Positions 15,717 through 22,480 of a stretch of 22,480 nt of DNA are shown piece by piece. The DNA is from Nitrospinaceae bacterium (lineage in GTDB: Bacteria > Nitrospinota > Nitrospinia > Nitrospinales > VA-1): positions 1 to 22,480 of the forward strand of contig JBHHVU010000052.1 of assembly GCA_046754465.1 (NCBI GenBank). Reading direction: 5' to 3'. Positions within the stretch are counted from its first letter, which is position 1. Every line of letters begins with the position of its first letter. Position numbers and translations under genes: made by a program. The notes below the pieces were generated by a model. That model was not told where the DNA came from, did no database searches, and was given only the letters and a program-made list of their open reading frames with translations.

Positions 15717-17243
15717 ATGAAAAAACTCGTGTTGGATGGGGAAACCCTGACGCTGGACCGTATCATCGCCGCATCGAAGCCGGAGACACAGGTATCGATC
15801 GCTTCCGCGTCCAGAAAAAAAGTGAACCAGTCGCGCGCCGTCATCGACGAGGCCGTCAAGTCCGGGAAAAAGGTCTACGGCGTGACCACAGGATTTGGCG
15901 CCTTGAGCGATGTGGTCATCTCCCGGGCCCAGGGGAAACAACTGCAAAAGAATATCTTGATGAGCCACGCCGCCGGGGTGGGGAATCCCCTGTCCGATGA
16001 TATCGTGCGGATGGTTCTGGCGTTGATGATCAACAGCAAAGCGAAAGGCTATTCGGGCCTGCGGTGGTCCACACTGAGAACGCTGGCCCGCCTGTTCAAC
16101 CGCGGGGTGATCCCTTTCGTTCCCGAAAAAGGATCGGTCGGAGCCAGCGGCGACCTGGCCCCCCTGGCCCACCTCTCCCTGGTGCTCATCGGGCGCGGAA
16201 GGGCGCGGTGGCAGGGAAGCTGGATGACCGGCGTGCGCGCCCTGCGGCGGGCGGAGATCGCACCCGTTTCCCTCGTGGAAGGGGAAGGGCTGGCCCTGAT
16301 CAACGGCACCGAGGTGATGACGGCCCTGGGGGCGTGGACCCTCCACCAGGGCCGGAAACTGGCGAAACTGGCCGATATCGCTGCGTCCATGAGCCTGGAA
16401 GTCCTCCTGGGAACCAACACCCAGTTCCATAAACGAATCCATCGCATTCGCCCTCATCCGGGACAAATCGAATCGGCCGCCAACATGCGCCGGATCACCG
16501 ACGGCAGCGAGATCATTTCCTCGCATAAGGACTGCGGCCGGATCCAGGACGCCTATTCGCTTCGCTGCGCCCCCCAGGTGCATGGGGCCAGCCGCGACAC
16601 CCTGGGGTTCGTCCGCAAGGTGATCGAGACCGAAATGAACTCCGCCACCGAAAACCCCCTGGTGTTTCCGGACGGCCAAATCCTTTCCGGAGGAAATTTT
16701 CACGGCCAACCGGTAGCCCTGGCACTGGATCACCTGGCGGTGGCCCTCGCGGAACTTGCCGATATTTCCGAACGCCGAATCGAACGGATGGTCAATCCCA
16801 ACCTCAGTGGGCTGCCATCGTTCCTGATCGATCAGGGTGGCGTGAACTCCGGTTTCATGATCGTTCAATACACCGCCGCGGCCCTGGTCTCCGAAAACAA
16901 GGTGCTCGCGCATCCCGCATCGGTGGACTCCATCCCCACCTCGGCGAACAAGGAGGACCATGTGAGCATGGGCACCATCGCCGCCCGGAAGGCGCGTGAA
17001 ATCGCGGGCAACCTGAAACACGTGGTCGCCATCGAGCTGTTGTGCGCGGCGCAGGCTCTCGACCTGTTCACCAATCTCAAACCGGGCCGGGGAACCCTGG
17101 CGGCCTACCGGGTATTGCGCAGTCACATCACCCACATGGATCGAGACCGCGAACTGGCGCCCGATATCGAAACCATCGCCGGACTGATCGATGGCGATCA
17201 AATCCTGAACGCAGTCGAGAGCGCCTGCGGAAACCTTTCATGA
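15717..17243 (+). CDS. hutH: Histidine ammonia-lyase
   Basis: YGVTTGFG, MIO-forming GSVGASGDLAPL, LMSH specificity residues, QDAYSLRC, GGNFHG, ANKEDHVSMG. Confidence 0.95.
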   Translation: MKKLVLDGETLTLDRIIAASKPETQVSIASASRKKVNQSRAVIDEAVKSGKKVYGVTTGFGALSDVVISRAQGKQLQKNILMSHAAGVGNPLSDDIVRMVLALMINSKAKGYSGLRWSTLRTLARLFNRGVIPFVPEKGSVGASGDLAPLAHLSLVLIGRGRARWQGSWMTGVRALRRAEIAPVSLVEGEGLALINGTEVMTALGAWTLHQGRKLAKLADIAASMSLEVLLGTNTQFHKRIHRIRPHPGQIESAANMRRITDGSEIISSHKDCGRIQDAYSLRCAPQVHGASRDTLGFVRKVIETEMNSATENPLVFPDGQILSGGNFHGQPVALALDHLAVALAELADISERRIERMVNPNLSGLPSFLIDQGGVNSGFMIVQYTAAALVSENKVLAHPASVDSIPTSANKEDHVSMGTIAARKAREIAGNLKHVVAIELLCAAQALDLFTNLKPGRGTLAAYRVLRSHITHMDRDRELAPDIETIAGLIDGDQILNAVESACGNLS

Positions 17244-17273
17244 TTTAACCCGAACCAGCGTACTCCATTCCCC

Positions 17274-18404
17274 ATGAACGATTTTAACGCCTCCGTCTTC
17301 GTGAAAACATCCGGCCGGCTGCCCCTGGTCACGTCCCAGGGCCGGGCGTTTCTTGGACTTCAGCATTCCCGGTCCCCGGAACTGGCCGGGCGGATGGAAT
17401 CCTTTTTCGAGTATTTGAACGGTGTCCTGGGATTCGCCGACACGGTGGAGGGCCAAAGGTCGCAGGCGTGTTTCAACACCATCCTGCGGGCCGCTTATCC
17501 GGAAGTGATGCTCGATCTGGCCGACCTGATCTTCGTTCAACACGAACGGCCGGCGGTCTTTCTGAATTTCGATCACATCAACATCAACCTGCGCCGGGAC
17601 CGCGCCGCCAATTATGGCCCGCTGGATCGATTGAACCAGAACATGGGAATTCTGTTTCAGCAGTTGGCGCGACGGTTGCGGGAGGATCCCGCTTTTTTCA
17701 ACGATCCTGAAATCGTCCGGCTGCTGAGCGAAAGTTACAGTTATTACCTGTACCAGACGAAAAATTTTCCCTGGGACGACCCGTTTCCGGACCTTCCCCC
17801 TGGCCTCGACCGGCCGGTTATGGATATCGCCACCGGCCTCGCCGGGTTCAGCCGCATCCACCAGTGGCCCGAGCCGCATCCCAAGCTGATCCTCACCGAC
17901 CATATGCCTTTTATCGTCCAGGGCCTGAATCATTACAAAAACCTGGTTGGGAAAACCAATGTCGATATCCTCCCCGTTGATTTCGGAGGGAATGAGCCGG
18001 ATTCGCCCGGACTGGGCTGCATTCTCGCCACCAAATTCCTGCATCACCTGCAACGGCCGCAAAGGCGCCGGTTCCTGCAATGGGCGCGGGACAACCTGGC
18101 TCCCGGCGGGGTCCTCCGGATTCTGGATACCGACCTGGAAAACCGGATTCTCCAAAGGACTAGCGATCCGGAATTCAGGAAACGGCTCAACCCCGGTTAC
18201 CTGGAAACCCTAGTGGACATCGAAAGGAATTTCTGCGAAACGCTGGTGGGCGACACGCGGCAAACGGGGTTCCGGGTCACCCACTTCGATTTCAACGAAT
18301 ACGAGGATGAAACAGATGCCTACAGCCTGTATCCGGGGGACAATCTATTGATCCGGTTTCTGGGGTTTGAAATTTCAGCGGAGAAAACCGGCGGGGCGGG
18401 CTAA
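17274..18404 (+). CDS. Protein with C-terminal class I SAM-dependent methyltransferase-like domain and uncharacterised N-terminal half
   Basis: VMDIATGLAG (motif I), LILTD, KFLHHL, LAPGGVLRILD. Confidence 0.75.
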   Translation: MNDFNASVFVKTSGRLPLVTSQGRAFLGLQHSRSPELAGRMESFFEYLNGVLGFADTVEGQRSQACFNTILRAAYPEVMLDLADLIFVQHERPAVFLNFDHININLRRDRAANYGPLDRLNQNMGILFQQLARRLREDPAFFNDPEIVRLLSESYSYYLYQTKNFPWDDPFPDLPPGLDRPVMDIATGLAGFSRIHQWPEPHPKLILTDHMPFIVQGLNHYKNLVGKTNVDILPVDFGGNEPDSPGLGCILATKFLHHLQRPQRRRFLQWARDNLAPGGVLRILDTDLENRILQRTSDPEFRKRLNPGYLETLVDIERNFCETLVGDTRQTGFRVTHFDFNEYEDETDAYSLYPGDNLLIRFLGFEISAEKTGGAG

Positions 18405-18466
18405 TCCCCTTTCCCGGCCCGATGTCCGATAGGGGTTCGGGAACAATTTCATGGCGGCGCGAGACC

Positions 18467-18871
18467 TCATGAAGAACCGGGAGGAGGTTTCAAATATTTC
18501 CGGATGGTTTTCCAGTCGGTTTGGGTGGCTTTTCTGGCGGCGGACTCCATGGCCCGGTAGTGGAGGACCATGCGTTTTCCCAAGGGGGTCAGAGCCGCCC
18601 CGCCGCCCCCCTTCCCGCCGGTGAACCCGGTGACCAGGGGCTTCTTGAAGCACCGATTCATGGTGTCCACCATGTCCCAGGCCCTGCGGTAGCTCAGGTG
18701 GTTCTCCTTGGCGGCCTGGGAGATCGACCCGGTCCGTTGAATGGCCTCCAGCAGGTCCACCTTCCCCGGCCCCAGGGCGATACATCCGGCGGCCAGCACC
18801 CGGATCCGGGGTTTGCAGATGAACGGTTTTTTCCGGGTGAGCGCCATTTTCCTTTTCTCAAGGCTGGTCAT
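18467..18871 (-). CDS. ModE-family winged-helix regulator, short form without molybdate-binding (Mop) domains
   Basis: ALGPGKVDLLEAIQRTGSISQAAK...SYRRAWDMVDTMN...PLV...GGKGGGGAALTPLG. Start is ATG 18871 (ATGA overlap with upstream stop) or ATG 18847. Confidence 0.88.
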   Translation of the reverse strand: MTSLEKRKMALTRKKPFICKPRIRVLAAGCIALGPGKVDLLEAIQRTGSISQAAKENHLSYRRAWDMVDTMNRCFKKPLVTGFTGGKGGGGAALTPLGKRMVLHYRAMESAARKATQTDWKTIRKYLKPPPGSS

Positions 18872-19800
18872 CGGGAACCGGGTACCCGAGCGATCCCCAG
18901 CACATTGGGAACGGGCCAAGCATACCGGTTCTCGTCGTTTTCGTTGGACCCGGTGGAATAACTTCCGACAAACTCGAACTCCCGGGTTTCGCTATGGATA
19001 TAAAGCTGGGCGTCTTTGCCTCCTTCAACATACATGGCCCGCCGCAGATCGATGGGAAGGTCAAGGAGGTGATTGATCAGGTCATGCGTGGTGTAGGGGG
19101 AACGCACATGGATGAACAGAAACCGGCCTTTCCCATCCCTGCCGATGGCCGCGGTGCTCCATTTTTTCGTTTGCTGGCTCCAGACATTTTCGCGTTGACA
19201 GGAAATCATGCGGATACTCTGGATCAAGGACTGGAATTGTTTTCGCAGCCGATCGAAATCCTCGCAGTCCCGGTCGATGATCATGGCGGGGGGGAGCGTC
19301 TGGTCCCACGGGTCGAAAGCAAGGATCGTCTTATCCTTCGACACCCAGGAACTGTTGACGTGAGGCCCGGTTTTCATGTAGGAAACGCTGGTGCGGTTAT
19401 CCTTTTGATACATGCTGGCGTTGATTCCCGCTACGAGGCCGTGGCGGCGCACCCATTCCTTGACAGACCGGGCATGGCCCCGCTCCTCGGCGGAAGCGTT
19501 TAAAAGGCGAAATTGAAAATGGCGAAGGTCGAACCGGAGAACGCGGATCACCGAGTCCCCGTAATCTGATTTTTGAGGGGAGACAAAAGACCCCAGTTCC
19601 AGACCCGGTTCCAGGGTTTGCCAGTCATTCTTTTGCGGCTGGGCGAGTGAGCTGCGCTGGGGCAAGCCGGGGACGGCCAGGACTCCCGCGACAAAAAACG
19701 CCACGGAATAAAGGACTGATAGTTTTCTCAAGATACGGCCTCTTTTCACGAATCGCCCACACGCAGCCGGATTCCCTGGACAACGCTCTCCCGAAGGCAA
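18868..19800 (-). CDS. Phosphodiester glycosidase-family (NAGPA/DUF2233-like) exported protein
   Basis: WQTLEPGLEL, AGINASMY, STAAIGRDGKGRFLFI, AMYVEGG. Signal-like hydrophobic stretch; true start probably somewhat downstream of 19800. Confidence 0.75.
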   Translation of the reverse strand: MPSGERCPGNPAACGRFVKRGRILRKLSVLYSVAFFVAGVLAVPGLPQRSSLAQPQKNDWQTLEPGLELGSFVSPQKSDYGDSVIRVLRFDLRHFQFRLLNASAEERGHARSVKEWVRRHGLVAGINASMYQKDNRTSVSYMKTGPHVNSSWVSKDKTILAFDPWDQTLPPAMIIDRDCEDFDRLRKQFQSLIQSIRMISCQRENVWSQQTKKWSTAAIGRDGKGRFLFIHVRSPYTTHDLINHLLDLPIDLRRAMYVEGGKDAQLYIHSETREFEFVGSYSTGSNENDENRYAWPVPNVLGIARVPGSR

Positions 19801-20311
19801 GGGGACCGGGCCGGGTCAACCCGCCCTAAATTCGGTCAGGACGATATATTATCCTGACACCTACGCCCGGAAAAGTGGTTAAAATTATCATTTCTCCAGA
19901 AGCATTTCAACAATCAACTCCAGCCGGGACCGGAATAAAAATCCCGCGGGGGACGCCGGGCCGCGATCGGCTGATAGCAGGGACGAACCGGGAAATCCGT
20001 GCTCCGGAAAGATAAGGAAGCGGGCCCGGGCATCGCCCGCGGCACGGGGAAATAATTAAATTTTTCACATTCGGGCATGAATTCGGAAACAACTGTTTTT
20101 TTTGGGTTCACCCGCATAATTTCTTCAAACCGCCAATTGATTTTAAATTCATTTTGTTCCATAATAATCCAGTTTCATCATAAATTTGCATTGAGGGGGA
20201 GGCGGCGGATTTTCCGGACTGCCGATTTTTCGGGTTTCCCTTATTTTTTTGCGTCCCGCGGAGTTTGATGGGAAGAGATTCCATAACATTTATTTTGATT
20301 AAGGAGTGTCT

Positions 20312-20506
20312 ATGAAAACCGCAGCTCGATTATTGGTATTGGTAGCAATGATCTTTTTCATCGGTTGTGCCACGCAGACCGGGGGGAAACCCGGCGGCGC
20401 CGCCGCCACTGTTGCCCCAGCACCTTCCGAAGGGAAAAGTAAAATGTTGACCAAAAAAGATTATGAACGGTTGGGAATCAAGGAAACGGGGGGCTCCAAC
20501 TACTAA
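20312..20506 (+). CDS. Small lipoprotein (64 aa)
   Basis: AAGGAG RBS; MKTAARLLVLVAMIFFIG-C lipobox. Confidence 0.8.
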   Translation: MKTAARLLVLVAMIFFIGCATQTGGKPGGAAATVAPAPSEGKSKMLTKKDYERLGIKETGGSNY

Positions 20507-20817
20507 CCCCTATCGGATTTTCTAGCAGGCAAAATCTTTTGTCTTTTGTTATGTTTTCACCCTTTCCGGTGGCCGCTGAAAATCGCACCCTGGGGATTTT
20601 TGGATGGATCATGAATTTCCTTCGCTGCACGAGGTTTGATGGTGAAAACTGAGATGGAGGAATGAGGGGCGGATTTTTTCCCGCCTTATGGAGGAACCTC
20701 CCGGTTGAAACAAAATTCCATTCCTCGCGGGGAATGGAATTTTTTTGGAGAAAAAGATCTTTTTGAAACAGCACACTATAATTCAGCACATTATAAATTG
20801 ACACGATCCCACTCGAT

Positions 20818-21753
20818 ATGCAGATGTCCCCTCAGATTTCCGGTCCGGTCTTCACCGAAGACAATTTAACGAACCTGTACTATTTGAATAAACTTTACGG
20901 AACCGTGGCGAACACCGTATCCCAACAGTTACGGGACGAATACCGGATCGACATCCCCATCACCTCGGGAATTTGGGGCGGCACTTACCTCATCGCCAAT
21001 CCGGAGGGCCGGTCCCGAAGAAGAATCTGGCGGCTTTACTGCATCATCAACCTGCCCCAGGGCAGTCCCCTGGACCAACGGAACAACCTGGAACGATTGA
21101 TCACCAGTTACTGCGATCATTTCATCAGCGCTTTTAAACCTTACCATCTGCAATTGAAACTGAAAATGTGGGGGGGAAGGCTGCCCTTCAGCAACCGGTT
21201 GAAACCGAGTATCACCATGCACATGGAGGATACCCGCCAGAGGGTCCAGTGGCTGCGCGCTTTTTTCGTTTGGAACCATGCCCCCTGGGAAGATTCGATC
21301 ATCTTCGACACAGTCCGCATTATCAAGGAATATAAGGAATTTTTTGATCTTCAAAAAGGACCGGTGACCAAGGAAGCCCAGGAACTCAAATACCTTTTGC
21401 AGGACATCATTATCATCTACCGCACGCTGGAAGACGCCTGCTCGGAAGACTTCAAGGAACATGCGGAACCCATCATCCAGGATTTAATGGAGCACTTCAT
21501 GAAGGGCCTGCACGATCCCAAAAAGATTCAGGAACTCTACCTCAAGGTATTCGATAACGCCCTGGTCTATGGTTTTGAGGAAGCGTTGGCGGGACCCTTC
21601 GGCCGGGCCGGGCTGGATATTCAACGGGTCGAGGACTGGCCGGTGGAAAAAATCAACTGGGTCCCCGATCAACTCAAGGAAAAACTCATCCCACCCATCA
21701 AAAACCTGTTCGCGGGATTCAAGGCCGCCCTGGAGAAAAATTTTTCCGGCTGA
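20818..21753 (+). CDS. Hypothetical protein (311 aa)
   Basis: Long clean ORF with host-like codon usage; no motif recognised. Confidence 0.8.
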   Translation: MQMSPQISGPVFTEDNLTNLYYLNKLYGTVANTVSQQLRDEYRIDIPITSGIWGGTYLIANPEGRSRRRIWRLYCIINLPQGSPLDQRNNLERLITSYCDHFISAFKPYHLQLKLKMWGGRLPFSNRLKPSITMHMEDTRQRVQWLRAFFVWNHAPWEDSIIFDTVRIIKEYKEFFDLQKGPVTKEAQELKYLLQDIIIIYRTLEDACSEDFKEHAEPIIQDLMEHFMKGLHDPKKIQELYLKVFDNALVYGFEEALAGPFGRAGLDIQRVEDWPVEKINWVPDQLKEKLIPPIKNLFAGFKAALEKNFSG

Positions 21754-21832
21754 GGAATACCCCCGCTCTTCCCCTCCCCCAAGCCCATGGAACCCCCCGG
21801 ATTTTACGGGGTACCTTTCGATGCCCGGCAGG

Positions 21833-22480
21833 TCAGGATTCGCCGACCGGAGGGTTGGGCGCCTTCGCATAAGCCTCCAGGGTTTCCATGATTTTCATTT
21901 TCTTGATGGGTTTGGTCAGGTAATCCGAACAGCCGGCCCCGAGGCATTTTTCCATGTCCCCTTTCAAGGCATGGGCGGTCAAGGCGATGATCGGGGTCTC
22001 CTCGAAATGATCGGCCTTTTCCATTTCACGGATTTTTTGGGTGGCGGTGTAACCATCCATGACCGGCATCTGCATGTCCATGAGAATCAGGTCGTATTTT
22101 CCGGGAGAAAACTTTTCGACCGCTTCCCGGCCGTTTACGGCGGCGTCGAGTTGATGCCGGGTTTTGCGAAGATACAGTTGAATGAGCAACCGGTTATCTT
22201 CGGAATCATCCACCAGCAAAATTCTCAGGGCTTTTTCTTTTCCGAAAGGTTGGGCCGCGGGCGGGTCTCCGGCTTTCGCCGGGGGGCGTGTATTTTCCAA
22301 GAATGATTTTTTTTCCGCGCGCGGTTTTAACCGGGGTTCGAGGCACAGGTTTTTTTCAAATTTCGCCGTAAAGGAAAAAGTGCTTCCCACGCCCTCCCGG
22401 CTTTCCACCCAGATTCGCCCCCCCATCAATTCCACGAGCTTTTTGGTGATGGCCAGTCCCAGGCCGGTCCCACCGTATTT
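21833..22480 (-). CDS. Hybrid sensor histidine kinase, C-terminal part (end of HATPase plus receiver); partial at right edge
   Basis: [35 protein letters not shown], then ILLVDD...[14 protein letters not shown]...IIALTAHA...YLTKP. Confidence 0.95.
   Translation of the reverse strand, partial: KYGGTGLGLAITKKLVELMGGRIWVESREGVGSTFSFTAKFEKNLCLEPRLKPRAEKKSFLENTRPPAKAGDPPAAQPFGKEKALRILLVDDSEDNRLLIQLYLRKTRHQLDAAVNGREAVEKFSPGKYDLILMDMQMPVMDGYTATQKIREMEKADHFEETPIIALTAHALKGDMEKCLGAGCSDYLTKPIKKMKIMETLEAYAKAPNPPVGES

Noticed and set aside
15684..17201. 505-aa antisense ORF opposite hutH (also 7367-8359, 9131-10006 and 17238-18155)
   Set aside because: Typical shadow ORFs of GC-rich coding strands with no recognisable motifs.
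19840..19866. CGATATAT as a ModE box upstream of the glycosidase-ModE pair
   Set aside because: Only one half-site matches; the second half is poor.

Overview
Bacterial chromosomal window of moderate-to-high GC. Gene style suggests a Nitrospinota/Desulfobacterota-like organism, which I cannot verify. The left part (1-4291) is an atypical flagellar locus. It has a FliD-like filament-cap gene that runs off the left edge, is missing from the ORF track and carries four inserted EDxNxNxxLD loops. It also has a small protein ending in a G-x-x-V-D motif, a flagellar-locus hypothetical protein, a divergent flagellin, and two face-to-face sigma28 promoters. A ~240-bp highly structured segment appears to have been inserted into the terminator hairpin at 1491-1759 and shows some group II intron domain-I-like features. 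Next is a decayed toxin-antitoxin island (4275-6102): an intact Panacea/DUF4065 antitoxin, a broken PemK/MazF-like partner and a doubly frameshifted hicBA pair. Each module is followed by a diverged copy of the same truncated gene start, which resembles a PLD-helicase N-terminus. Then come a sensor-less sigma54 activator (FleQ/FlrA-like) with a consensus sigma70 promoter and the rpmH-rnpA-yidD-yidC-mnmE operon, with no dnaA next to it. The remainder holds a TsaP/FlgT-C-like + OmpA/Pal fusion, tyrS, a membrane protein, hutH followed by a methyltransferase-domain gene, a short ModE-like regulator, a phosphodiester glycosidase-family gene, a small lipoprotein, a hypothetical gene and the 3' end of a hybrid histidine kinase.
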